Position numbers and translations under genes: made by a program. DNA of 64,000 nt from Candidatus Iainarchaeum sp. (GTDB taxonomy: Archaea > Iainarchaeota > Iainarchaeia > Iainarchaeales > JAXPJC01), in assembly GCA_016187745.1 (NCBI GenBank), contig JACPJC010000005.1:214668-278667 (forward strand), read 5' to 3'. Positions 38,729 to 47,547 of this stretch are shown piece by piece (the first letter of the stretch is position 1; the number at the start of each line of letters is the position of its first letter). Below the pieces are notes generated by a model, which saw only the letters and a list, made by a program, of their open reading frames with translations, was not told the DNA's origin and did not search any database.

Positions 38729-39025
38729 ATGAAACTAGTAAGGGATAAAATTCCAGAAATAATGGACGCAAAAGGAAAGAAGCCAATAATTCATACCGCC
38801 AGTGCTGATGAGTTTAAGAGGAATCTGATTGAAAAGCTTAATGAAGAAGTATTAGAAATAAAAAAAGAGTTAAATGCTGAGGAATTGGCAGATCTGCTTG
38901 AAGTTATATATTCTTTGGGCAAATTAATTTGGCTGACACCGCAAGACCTTGAAAAGATAAGAATAAAAAAAGCTGAAGAGAACGGCGACTTTTCAAAAAA
39001 GATAATATTGGAAAACCCGAAATAA
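38729..39025 (+). CDS. PRA-PH/MazG-like NTP pyrophosphohydrolase
   Basis: KLVRDKIP, KLNEE, EELADLLEV, KKAEENGDF. Confidence 0.88.
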   Translation: MKLVRDKIPEIMDAKGKKPIIHTASADEFKRNLIEKLNEEVLEIKKELNAEELADLLEVIYSLGKLIWLTPQDLEKIRIKKAEENGDFSKKIILENPK

Positions 39026-39060
39026 GCTAAAAACAATTCCAAAATAATGCTTCTTAGCAT

Positions 39061-39103
39061 TAAACCATTTAGTTGATTTCTGTTCAACCGCAGGTATATT
39101 AAT
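39061..39103 (+). promoter_or_regulatory. Palindromic operator plus TATA, copy 3
   Basis: taaaccatttAGTTGAtttctgtTCAACCgcaggTATATTAAT. Confidence 0.8.
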
Positions 39104-39135
39104 GCCAAAATTCTATGTATAAAAAGTGAGGTAGA

Positions 39136-39876
39136 ATGATGCTGAAGAGAAATGTTTTGTTGTGCCTTTCAATGCTGCTGTTAAGCCCATTTGTTTCTGC
39201 AATAGGCTCTGAATTGAATGGCAGTGAAAACTACAATTATAATCTTGCAGAGTTGAACAAACTACTGCCGTATATGGCTCTGAATAAGGATTATTCTGTA
39301 AAATTTGATTCTGTCGTGGCAAAAGCAGAGCTGCCGGAGAAGTATGTAAAATTGGGAAAGCTTTATGAAGAATATCATAACAACTTTATTCAGGCTGCAA
39401 AGGCCAATGGAGTTTACTCGAACAAAATAAAAGAATTGCCGGACAATCAATTCTTCAGCAATTTCTTCGAGTCTAAAAGCACAATGACAGCTCAAGCCAC
39501 AATCTCTGCAAGCAGCCTGGTTTGCGGGGGAAGCCAGCAGCAGCCGCATCAATGCCCTGCAAGGGTAAATTCAGGGATATCCAAGAAAAGCCAGACAGAA
39601 ATATCAAATTATTTAAAGGGCATGGGATTCCACAATACTTATTGGCCAGGCTGCGGGCCGCAGGGATATACCTGCTCAACAGACTTTACAAAGTGGATAA
39701 GTGCATATAATTGCACTTGGGGCTCTTTCAGAACCCAGGCAAATATCTTTCAAAGCGGAACAAAATGGACTTACAGAACACAATCCCCTGAGCCGAATCC
39801 GGAGATTTTCAGCTATTCATGGCCAGTATACTGGTGGGGAACTTATGTTTCATGGTGGCACTTATCTTGCAACTGA
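39136..39876 (+). CDS. Secreted protein with Cys/Trp-rich C-terminal domain
   Basis: Signal peptide; Ser/Thr/Ala linker; 6 Cys and many Trp in the last ~120 aa; GAGGT RBS. Confidence 0.8.
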   Translation: MMLKRNVLLCLSMLLLSPFVSAIGSELNGSENYNYNLAELNKLLPYMALNKDYSVKFDSVVAKAELPEKYVKLGKLYEEYHNNFIQAAKANGVYSNKIKELPDNQFFSNFFESKSTMTAQATISASSLVCGGSQQQPHQCPARVNSGISKKSQTEISNYLKGMGFHNTYWPGCGPQGYTCSTDFTKWISAYNCTWGSFRTQANIFQSGTKWTYRTQSPEPNPEIFSYSWPVYWWGTYVSWWHLSCN

Positions 39877-39902
39877 ATTATTGTAAATCAGGAGAACTAA
39901 AT

Positions 39903-40232
39903 ATGAAAGAAAAATTACAGAAATTCCTCTTTCCAACCAAGATAAAGATTGCAGTCTTTTTAATTTTTATGCTTTTGGTTGCACTTGCAACAATACAAGC
40001 ATGGGGATTTGCAGATCAGCAGGGTCCAAAGCCATTTTTATATGATGCAATCAGACAGATTCCTTTCTGGGCGGCGTTGGCATATCTCCTCGCCCCGATA
40101 ATGATAATAACCGTTCCACTATCGCAAGTGGGTTTGGGGCTGCTGATTTTTCCTATTGCAATAGTCTATCTATATTTGTTCTCCTGCTTAATTGGCCTAA
40201 TTCTCGAAAGATATCTTCTACAGAAACGCTAG
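39903..40232 (+). CDS. Small integral membrane protein (about 3 TM)
   Basis: Hydrophobic segments; GGAG RBS. Confidence 0.75.
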   Translation: MKEKLQKFLFPTKIKIAVFLIFMLLVALATIQAWGFADQQGPKPFLYDAIRQIPFWAALAYLLAPIMIITVPLSQVGLGLLIFPIAIVYLYLFSCLIGLILERYLLQKR

Positions 40233-40264
40233 TATCGATAAGGATAACTATCTTCTGTATTTAC

Positions 40265-40368
40265 TAAAGAACCCTGGCGCTGAACGCTTCGTTCTTCAGA
40301 ACTGAGATGAAAACTATTCTGATTGTTGTCATTCCTAAACGCCCTGGCATTTATGCCAAGGTTCTTTA
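40265..40368. mobile_element. ~100-bp inverted-repeat element, copy B
   Basis: TAAAGAACCCTGGC...GCCAAGGTTCTTTA, colinear with 27472..27572. Confidence 0.6.
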
Positions 40369-40381
40369 CGAATCAGGGGAC

Positions 40382-40424
40382 TAAACTATTTGGTTGATTT
40401 CTGTTCAACCTCACATATATTAAT
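40382..40424 (+). promoter_or_regulatory. Palindromic operator plus TATA, copy 4
   Basis: taaactatttGGTTGAtttctgtTCAACCtcacaTATATTAAT. Confidence 0.78.
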
Positions 40425-40456
40425 CCTCAGGGCGCGGGTTATAATGGGGGTGTGCT

Positions 40457-40810
40457 ATGGGAAAAATTGTTTTGAATATTCTGGAGCTTGCCTGCTTCAG
40501 GATTGCAAAGGAGCAGGGAATCAGGTGGTTTGAATTGCCCCATGCAAAAGTCTTATCAGGCTTGTGCAATGGTAGGAAGCAGGGCCCTGAGGAAATTGCA
40601 GAAAATGCAGGAATTTCAAGGGACGAGGCATTTGGGGCGCTTGATGCGCTGGTTGCGAACAAGGCGCTCAGCTACGATGGCAACAGGTATTTTGCTGAAG
40701 ATGCCCTGCAGGCAGTAAATATGCTGATTGACCTCGCGGAAGCAAAGCAAATAAAGCAGCCAATAGTGCAAATGCAGAAGGAGACTGAACTGCTGGAAGA
40801 ATATGCCTGA
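40457..40810 (+). CDS. TrmB-like HTH protein
   Basis: PEEIAENAGISRDEAFGALDALV...RYFAE. Confidence 0.7.
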   Translation: MGKIVLNILELACFRIAKEQGIRWFELPHAKVLSGLCNGRKQGPEEIAENAGISRDEAFGALDALVANKALSYDGNRYFAEDALQAVNMLIDLAEAKQIKQPIVQMQKETELLEEYA

Positions 40811-40952
40811 TGAAAAATCAAAAGTGCCGGAAATGGTCTGCTTCGGGCAGTACGCGAGCTATTACTTCAACTGCAAGTTCTGCGATTCCCTGCAGGAATG
40901 CAGGGAATTTACAACCGCAAGGCGCGGGCGGGCAAAAACAAAACATTTATAG
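40803..40952 (+). CDS. 49-aa four-Cys mini-protein (MPDEKSKVPEMVCFGQYASYYFNCKFCDSLQEC...)
   Basis: Manual translation; overlaps the upstream stop; conserved in this frame at 27.6 kb. Confidence 0.6.
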   Translation: MPDEKSKVPEMVCFGQYASYYFNCKFCDSLQECREFTTARRGRAKTKHL

Positions 40953-40992
40953 TCTTTATGACTATAATATACTTTATGACTTGGCGGATGCA

Positions 40993-41196
40993 ATGTTCAG
41001 GGAAGTCAGGAAGAGCGCCCATTTCGAGGAATGCCATAAAGGAGCTTTGGCATGGAGCGACATCCTGCGCCTGATTTACAAAATCAAGAGCAAGAGGAAA
41101 AAAGGGAACAGGATAGAAATTGAGGACAGGAGATTTTATATCCTGTGCGAGCTTAAAAAAGGCATCCTCTATGTCATAAATGTGAAAAGGAAATAG
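40993..41196 (+). CDS. Small basic protein, putative toxin (DUF4258/RelE-like)
   Basis: SAHFEE...ILYVINVKRK; directly upstream of a zinc-ribbon/AbrB gene. Confidence 0.5.
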   Translation: MFREVRKSAHFEECHKGALAWSDILRLIYKIKSKRKKGNRIEIEDRRFYILCELKKGILYVINVKRK

Positions 41197-41206
41197 ATGG
41201 TCAGAA

Positions 41207-41527
41207 ATGAAGTGCCCGAAATGCAATTCAGGAATGAAAGAGGCCAGGGTAAGGATTCAGGACGCGAAAAGCCCTGTAATCAGCCATCAGTGCGCCAAAT
41301 GCGGCTATTTTGATTTTGAGGAAAAGTCAATAAATAATGCCATCAGGGAAATCAAAATAATGGAAGCCCCGCTGAGCATAAAGCAAAAAATAATAAAATT
41401 GTCCCACGGGCGATTGGGGATGTATTTAAGCAAGGATATCGCAAGGAGCCTGAATCTGAGGGGCGGGGAGGAAGTTTATGTTTGCGTCCCCGATAAAAAG
41501 CATCTGCTGGTCAGCATAAGCTGTTAG
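41207..41527 (+). CDS. YgiT-type zinc ribbon plus AbrB-like domain (putative antitoxin)
   Basis: MKCPKC...QCAKCG; LGMYLSKDIARSLNLRGGEEV. Confidence 0.7.
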   Translation: MKCPKCNSGMKEARVRIQDAKSPVISHQCAKCGYFDFEEKSINNAIREIKIMEAPLSIKQKIIKLSHGRLGMYLSKDIARSLNLRGGEEVYVCVPDKKHLLVSISC

Positions 41528-41533
41528 TTGTTA

Positions 41534-42166
41534 TTATTGCTTCACAACCCTCGCATCAACTGCAAGCACTTCATTCCCAAAAGCGAACAAGGGGTTGATG
41601 TCAAGCTCAGCGATTTTTTCCTTTTGCATCAATTTTGAAACCTTCAATAAATAGGATTTTATTTTTTGGAGATTTGCCTTCTGCTTCCCCCGCGCTCCGC
41701 TAAGAAGCGCATATCCTTTTATTTCCCCTATCATTTCCTCCGCGTCTTTTGCGCTTAATGGGCAGACGCGCATTGAAACGTCCTTAAGGAGCTCAACATA
41801 AATTCCACCCAATCCAAAAAGAACAACCGGGCCAAATTGCGCATCGCGCTTCCCCCCAATTATTATTTCAGTTCCCGAAAGCATTTTCTGGAGGTATGCG
41901 CCCCTGAAGCCGGAAATGCGGGAAAGCTGTGCAAAGGCGCGCTTTGCTTCCTCAGGGGTTTGTATATTCAATTTTATTCCGCCGATGTCGGTTTTATGGG
42001 AGATTTTTGGGGCATAAATTTTCATAGCGAGGGGGAAGCCGAGCTTTCTGCAGGCATTTGCAAGGGCAATCTCATTCTTGGCGAGCGCGCCCTTTGCGAA
42101 CTTTATTCCATATTTCTCAAGCAGCCCCCTGCTCTCCAGCAAATCAAGCAAAACCATAATAATCAC
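41534..42166 (-). CDS. Acetate--CoA ligase (ADP-forming) beta subunit, ATP-grasp
   Basis: ISHKTDIGG, QFGPVVLFGLGGIYVE, ELDINPL, AVDAR. Confidence 0.9.
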   Translation of the reverse strand: MIIMVLLDLLESRGLLEKYGIKFAKGALAKNEIALANACRKLGFPLAMKIYAPKISHKTDIGGIKLNIQTPEEAKRAFAQLSRISGFRGAYLQKMLSGTEIIIGGKRDAQFGPVVLFGLGGIYVELLKDVSMRVCPLSAKDAEEMIGEIKGYALLSGARGKQKANLQKIKSYLLKVSKLMQKEKIAELDINPLFAFGNEVLAVDARVVKQ

Positions 42167-42380
42167 CGAAATGCGAGCTTTTGCATAGTGTTTTAATTAC
42201 TATGTTCTATATAATTATTATACATTTGTATGCTAATTTTAGGAGTGTTGAACGCCTTAAACGCTTTAGCTTGATTCATTTGTGAGTCAATAATTAAGCT
42301 TTTATATGTTCAAGCTCTTAATTAAGTACTTTTAAAGTGCTGGATGCATATTGCAAATAAAATCATCAGAGGTTTTTAAA

Positions 42381-43649
42381 ATGGGAATTAAATTGACGGC
42401 GCTCGGCGCCGCGCAGGAAGTCGGAAGGAGCGGCTTCATTGTGGATTCGGGGGACAAGATACTCCTTGATTACGGGGTAAAACTGGGCCCGGAAGGAACG
42501 GAATACCCGCTTCCGGTAAATACCAACCTTACCGCTGCAATAATCAGCCACGCGCATCTTGACCACTCGGGGCATTTGCCAGCATTATTTGATGTTTCGC
42601 AGCCGCTTGTTTACATGACCCCCCCGACGCTTGAGATTGCAAAGCTCCTGTGGCATGACACGCTGAAGATTGCAGGGCTTGAAGGGATGGAGGCGCACTT
42701 CACAAAGGAGGAGATTGCAAAAACCGAGCGCTTTACTTTTCCCTTAACATACAACAGGCACATAGAAATTACAAAAAAGTCCTCAATTGAATTCTATGAT
42801 GCCGGGCACATAATAGGGAGCGCAATAACAAAATTGAATCTCCATGACAAAACTTTGGTATACACGGGCGATTACAAGCCCGAGGAGACAAGGCTCTTCA
42901 AGCCCGCGGACTTGAACATGGGAAGGGCGGATTTCCTTGTAACAGAAAGCACTTACGGGGATTCGGACCACAAGCCAAGGAAGGAAGTTGAAAAGGAATT
43001 TGTGGAAGCAGTTCAGGACACAATAGAGCATGACGGGCACGTGCTGGTTCCAGCATTCGCTGTTGCAAGAAGCCAGGAGATTGCTGAAGTATTGCACGAA
43101 TACAAGATTGATGCGCCGATTTACCTGGATGGAATGGCGCAAGCCGCTGCAAGAATCTTCATGCAGTATCCCAAATACCTCAAGAATTCGGAATTCCTGA
43201 AAAAGGCGCTCCATAATGTTCATTGGGTTGACAAGCCGAAGGTAAGGGAAATGGCGCTTAAAAGGCCGGGCATTGTAATTACAACTTCCGGAATGCTCCA
43301 GGGGGGGCCAATACACTACTACCTGAAAAAACTCTACAATGACAAGAAATCCTCGCTTTTCCTCACAGGATTCCAGGTTGCAGGAACTCCGGGAAGGATT
43401 CTGATGGACACGGGAAAAATAAATTTGAACGGGGCAAATGTGAAAATGGAAATGAACCTGAAGAAATTCGATTTTTCAGGGCATCCGGGAAAAACCGAAA
43501 TGCTAAACACCATAAAGAAACTGAACCCTGAGAAAGTGATATGCGTGCACGGGGATGCGGAAATAATTGACCTTTTCATTATGAACATAGAGGAGCAGGG
43601 CTTTGAGGCAGTGGCGCCAAAGCGCGGGGAGACAATAAATTTATGCTGA
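42381..43649 (+). CDS. MBL-fold beta-CASP ribonuclease
   Basis: EVGRS, SHAHLDHSG, AGHIIGS, YTGD, ESTYG, FSGH, VHGD. Confidence 0.92.
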   Translation: MGIKLTALGAAQEVGRSGFIVDSGDKILLDYGVKLGPEGTEYPLPVNTNLTAAIISHAHLDHSGHLPALFDVSQPLVYMTPPTLEIAKLLWHDTLKIAGLEGMEAHFTKEEIAKTERFTFPLTYNRHIEITKKSSIEFYDAGHIIGSAITKLNLHDKTLVYTGDYKPEETRLFKPADLNMGRADFLVTESTYGDSDHKPRKEVEKEFVEAVQDTIEHDGHVLVPAFAVARSQEIAEVLHEYKIDAPIYLDGMAQAAARIFMQYPKYLKNSEFLKKALHNVHWVDKPKVREMALKRPGIVITTSGMLQGGPIHYYLKKLYNDKKSSLFLTGFQVAGTPGRILMDTGKINLNGANVKMEMNLKKFDFSGHPGKTEMLNTIKKLNPEKVICVHGDAEIIDLFIMNIEEQGFEAVAPKRGETINLC

Positions 43650-44353
43650 TCAAGCGTTTTTGCCCGCGCTGCGGAAAGGAAACCTCCGAGCTCATAAGGG
43701 GATTCTGCAGGGAATGTTTTCTCAAGGGCCATGAGATTCTTTTTGTGGATGAGGAGCTTAAATTCCCGAGATGCAAGAGCTGCGGGAAAATAAGGATAAG
43801 GGGCGCATGGTTTTCCGACTCCCTAAAAAACCTTGAGGACTTCATCAGGTCGAAAATTAAGCTCAAGGAAATAACTGGCGAGAAACTGAATATCGGCATG
43901 TCCCCGAACAGCGATGGGAGCGTTTCCGTGCAAATCGGCGTTTCGGGAAAAATAAATGAAGACAAGATTGAATTTGAAAAGGAAATCCTGCTTAAGCCCG
44001 CAATAGTGCTGTGCGACCCGTGCATGCGCCTTGTTTCTGACTACCACGAGGCCATTCTGCAGGTAAGATTCGGAAAAAAGCCAAGCAATGAGCAGGTTGA
44101 AAGCGAAATGGCAAGGATAAGCAAGATGCTTGAATATGAAAAAAAGGCGGATTCGCTCGCGCAGGCGATAAAAACAACAGAGGCGACAAACGGCTTTGAT
44201 GTTTATATCGGCTCGGCAAAGGCCGCAAGGAGGATTGCGGAGGCGCTCGCAAAAAGGGCGCACACAAGGGTCGTAAGCTCCTCAAAACTTATGGGAGTGG
44301 ACTCAAACACAGGGAAGGCAAACAAGAGATTTACATATTGCGCTAGAGTTTAA
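43643..44353 (+). CDS. NMD3 family protein
   Basis: FCPRCG...CREC...CKSCG...CDPC...YHEAILQVR. Confidence 0.88.
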   Translation: MLIKRFCPRCGKETSELIRGFCRECFLKGHEILFVDEELKFPRCKSCGKIRIRGAWFSDSLKNLEDFIRSKIKLKEITGEKLNIGMSPNSDGSVSVQIGVSGKINEDKIEFEKEILLKPAIVLCDPCMRLVSDYHEAILQVRFGKKPSNEQVESEMARISKMLEYEKKADSLAQAIKTTEATNGFDVYIGSAKAARRIAEALAKRAHTRVVSSSKLMGVDSNTGKANKRFTYCARV

Positions 44354-44428
44354 AACGGCAATGTAGCAGTTTTTAAAAAAATTTAGGTGGCCACAAATAA
44401 ATAGGATGTAGGCGCCCGGTTATAAAAA

Positions 44429-45136
44429 TCAAGACTCGAACTTCTTCAGCGCTTTTGAGATTTCGTCCAGCGGCATTTTTGTTACTAACAGCGGGATTTT
44501 CTCAGCTTCCGCGATTTTTATTGCAACCGCATCCACCTTATCGTCGGCAAGGCCGTGCAATACAACAATTGAAGGCCTCATTTCTGTTGAGAACCTTCCG
44601 ACTTTAACAGCAATCATCGGGCTTCTTCCGGTTTCAACGCCGCTGAATATGAGAGCGCGCTGGGGGGTTTTCCCGTACATCTGCACATATTCATTGACAG
44701 GCACATCTATAATTGCCTTTATTGAATCAATCATGCTGTAGCCGTAAATCTGAACATCCTTGAGCTTTGCGGGATTTGCAACCGCCTGCGCATTTATCCT
44801 CTCTGCAAAATCAGTGCCCTTCAGCGAAGCTGAGAACTCATGCACATCAAACGCGCTTTCCTTGGGCTTGAATTCCCTTTCAAGCTGCTTTGTTATCTGC
44901 CCGCCCTTTTTCCTGTCAATCTCAAGCAGCGTTTCAACCAGCCTGCTTACCACTCCAATGCCCGGGCTCTTTCTTCTTCCGCCCTCATAATCCGAAATAG
45001 TGCTTGAGCTTATCTTCAAATGCTTTGCAAGCTCCAATTGATTAATCCCGAAAATCTCGCGCCATTTCTTCATGCTGCCGCCGGGATCCTTGCTGAGCGC
45101 AATTTCCCCCGCGATGGCTACTGAAAGTTGGTCCAT
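44429..45136 (-). CDS. Archaeal XRE-HTH regulator (COG1709-like)
   Basis: IAGEI...KKWREIF...ISDYEGGRRKSPG, TGRSPMIA. Confidence 0.88.
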   Translation of the reverse strand: MDQLSVAIAGEIALSKDPGGSMKKWREIFGINQLELAKHLKISSSTISDYEGGRRKSPGIGVVSRLVETLLEIDRKKGGQITKQLEREFKPKESAFDVHEFSASLKGTDFAERINAQAVANPAKLKDVQIYGYSMIDSIKAIIDVPVNEYVQMYGKTPQRALIFSGVETGRSPMIAVKVGRFSTEMRPSIVVLHGLADDKVDAVAIKIAEAEKIPLLVTKMPLDEISKALKKFES

Positions 45137-45202
45137 AAGAATACCGTATTATAGATTAGTGCACTAGTATTTAAAAGCATTACGTCAATTGCCACGTGGC
45201 AA

Positions 45203-45454
45203 TTATTTGGGAACTCCAAGCAAATCAAATGCAAGGAGCGCATGCGCCAGCACTGAAATTATGAACAGAAGCCAGTAATAGCAGTGCATGTTGTAGAATT
45301 TCATCATAATTCTGCTTTTTGGATTTATTACCCTTCCGAATAAGCATCTGCACGAGAGCAGCACAAGCGCGATTCCTGCAATATTCAAAAGGCCGAATAT
45401 GAAAATAAGCCTCAATTCAGTCTGCGGGTCAAATAAAGCCATTTTTACCAACAC
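45203..45454 (-). CDS. Small membrane protein
   Basis: Two TM segments, SCRC and His residues. Confidence 0.65.
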   Translation of the reverse strand: MLVKMALFDPQTELRLIFIFGLLNIAGIALVLLSCRCLFGRVINPKSRIMMKFYNMHCYYWLLFIISVLAHALLAFDLLGVPK

Positions 45455-45501
45455 ATTAATATTCTTTCAACTATATAATATTTTCCAATAGTTTTAGCTA
45501 A

Positions 45502-46059
45502 TTACTTGCATTCTTTCATTAATCGTATTGTTGTTCCTAGCGATTCACCAGATTTTTGCCTTAATTTTGTTCTTATTTCTTGCAGTGATGGCAAGCTATC
45601 GGATTTTTCAAGCCCAATTGCATTCTTAAATCTAACTTCAAATTTCGGAGCTATGTTCCAACCTAAGCCAAGAACAGTATTGATAACGTCTTTTCTATCT
45701 GCTTCCAAGAAAATCTCTTTGCCGCCATGCTTCTTTATTGCAATTTCTATAAGCCTGAAACCAAGTCTCCCTAGGTTTAATCCGTGATAATCATCATGCA
45801 AATATCTGTGATATACATTCCACCCTTCCTTAGTTTTTATCGCTTCAAAATTACAGAGTCTCTGAAATAATTGCTTATCGGCATTGTGTACAACAAGATT
45901 AATCCTGGACCTTTCTTTATCAATAAATGTTTGTGCAAAGATCTTTTTATTGCCATGAATTATATATTTTCCATTTAGAGTCTTTAAAAAGCTTTGGCTG
46001 CTCTTAGCTCTTCTGACCTTTTGGCTCAATGGAATGTGTTTATAGTATCTCTCTGACAT
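45502..46059 (-). CDS. GNAT-like hypothetical protein
   Basis: YHGLNLGRL resembles GNAT motif A; basic N-terminus. Confidence 0.5.
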   Translation of the reverse strand: MSERYYKHIPLSQKVRRAKSSQSFLKTLNGKYIIHGNKKIFAQTFIDKERSRINLVVHNADKQLFQRLCNFEAIKTKEGWNVYHRYLHDDYHGLNLGRLGFRLIEIAIKKHGGKEIFLEADRKDVINTVLGLGWNIAPKFEVRFKNAIGLEKSDSLPSLQEIRTKLRQKSGESLGTTIRLMKECK

Positions 46060-46073
46060 TTTCCCGCCTGTAA

Positions 46074-46210
46074 CGAGCCGGGGGAGATTCGAACTCCCGA
46101 CCTACTGCTTTCTCCATGTTGTTTTCTTTTGAACCCCAGGGCCTTTTCTTTCTTAAAGAAAAGGGGCTGTTTAGGAGGCAGTTGCCCTATCCAAACTAGG
46201 CTACCGGCTC
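46074..46210 (-). tRNA. tRNA-Arg(CCT) with a 62-nt canonical intron (46110..46171)
   Basis: Acceptor GAGCCGG/CCGGCTC, anticodon stem ACTGC/GCAGT, loop CT-CCT-A|A, T arm GGGAG-TTCGAAT-CTCCC; CTCC/GGAG BHB-type central helix. Confidence 0.92.
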
Positions 46211-46238
46211 GTTATTGTCCAGAAGAATTAGTGTTTGG

Positions 46239-46844
46239 TTATATTAATAATTTTAATGCAACGGCGCTTATTAGTGGAATTGCGAAATTATCATCAGCCG
46301 GGAGAAACTCCGCAAGCATCCCGAACGTTGCTGCAATAAATGCGGTCTGCGGGGCGAACAAAAGCGACAGAACCAAAAATGAGGCAATTATGCCTGCGAT
46401 TGTGCCCTCAACGCTCCTTTTCCCTATCTTCAGTTTTCCAAATCTTATTCCAACAATCGGCGCAACAGAATCCCCTATTGCAAGGACGATCAGCGCGCCC
46501 AGGACAATCTTCTCATTCTGGAAGTAAATAACATTAAGCGCAAGCAGGACAACAATCGCGAGCGCAAGCACCAGCGCTGCTTTTCCTGGGAGATGCCTCT
46601 CATGCTCCCTCTGCACATGCTTAACAATCTCATGCAGGAATGGAACATTCACTCCGCGCTTTACCAAATCTGAAATCACAAGCCCGATGAAGAAAATCCC
46701 CGCAAAAACAAAAAGCGAATTAAGCGCCCCGATGAGCAGAACTATTGCAATTGCAATAAGCCCGAAAAGCAGGTGGATTATCTGCCTTTTAAATTCGGAA
46801 GCATAATTCATTCCTGTTTTTTTCATTCTTACTTTCTTCTGCAT
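46239..46844 (-). CDS. Dolichol kinase/CTP-transferase family membrane protein
   Basis: RQIIH, GDSVAPIVG, KRSVEG, DDNFAIP. Confidence 0.88.
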   Translation of the reverse strand: MQKKVRMKKTGMNYASEFKRQIIHLLFGLIAIAIVLLIGALNSLFVFAGIFFIGLVISDLVKRGVNVPFLHEIVKHVQREHERHLPGKAALVLALAIVVLLALNVIYFQNEKIVLGALIVLAIGDSVAPIVGIRFGKLKIGKRSVEGTIAGIIASFLVLSLLFAPQTAFIAATFGMLAEFLPADDNFAIPLISAVALKLLI

Positions 46845-47521
46845 AATACCATCTCGTGCTCCCTGTCAAAGGGCGCAAGATTCAGGGACTGCTCAATCTC
46901 AAATTCCCTCTCAAGCTCGCGCCTCGCGTTCTCGAAGATTATTTTTGTGTCCCCCTCTGAGCTGATGCTCCTTGCCTTTATTGCAATCAGCGCATAATTG
47001 TTCCTTGGAAGATAGGCAACTGCGTTTTTTATGAATATTTCCGTCTGGTTCTTCTGCGAAATGTCCTGGTACAACAGGTCAATTTTGGTCCCTTCCAGAT
47101 ATTCCGCATAGCCTTCCGGGGAATTCGCATCCGCAAGTATCGGGACAAGGTTCTTGCGCGTTTCGCACAGGTAAAGGAACTTTTTCATTACCCTTGCGCT
47201 CACATCAACGCCAAAAGCAATTCCATTCTCCCCGATAATGTCGGAAATATGGCTTATGGTTGTGCCTTCGGCAGAGCCCAAATAAAGAATGTTTGCCCCG
47301 CTGTTTATTGGAATTTTTTTAAGCCCCTTTTTCATTGCTCCGCAGAGCTTGCTCCGAAAAGGGTCCCAATTGCGGTATTCAGTGCCGGAAATGCTGAAAA
47401 GCCCCTCCCCATAAACTTTTTTTCCCGGGGCGAGATTCCTTGTGAGAATCCTGTTCCCGTAGGAATAGATTCCGGGGAATATTTCCTGCAACTTCAATTG
47501 CGCCTGCATTTTCATCTCCAT
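46829..47521 (-). CDS. flpA: Fibrillarin-like rRNA/tRNA 2'-O-methyltransferase
   Basis: VYGE, YRNWDPFRSKL, LYLGSAEGTT.SH.SD, IKARSI. Confidence 0.95.
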   Translation of the reverse strand: MEMKMQAQLKLQEIFPGIYSYGNRILTRNLAPGKKVYGEGLFSISGTEYRNWDPFRSKLCGAMKKGLKKIPINSGANILYLGSAEGTTISHISDIIGENGIAFGVDVSARVMKKFLYLCETRKNLVPILADANSPEGYAEYLEGTKIDLLYQDISQKNQTEIFIKNAVAYLPRNNYALIAIKARSISSEGDTKIIFENARRELEREFEIEQSLNLAPFDREHEMVLCRRK

Positions 47522-47547
47522 CGTGACAAGGAAACCAATGGAATTAT

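Noticed and set aside
18173-40424. The four 43-bp motifs as CRISPR repeats or integron/att sites
   Set aside because: They are kilobases apart, each includes a TATA box at promoter distance from a start codon, and no recombinase is present; a recombination role is not fully excluded
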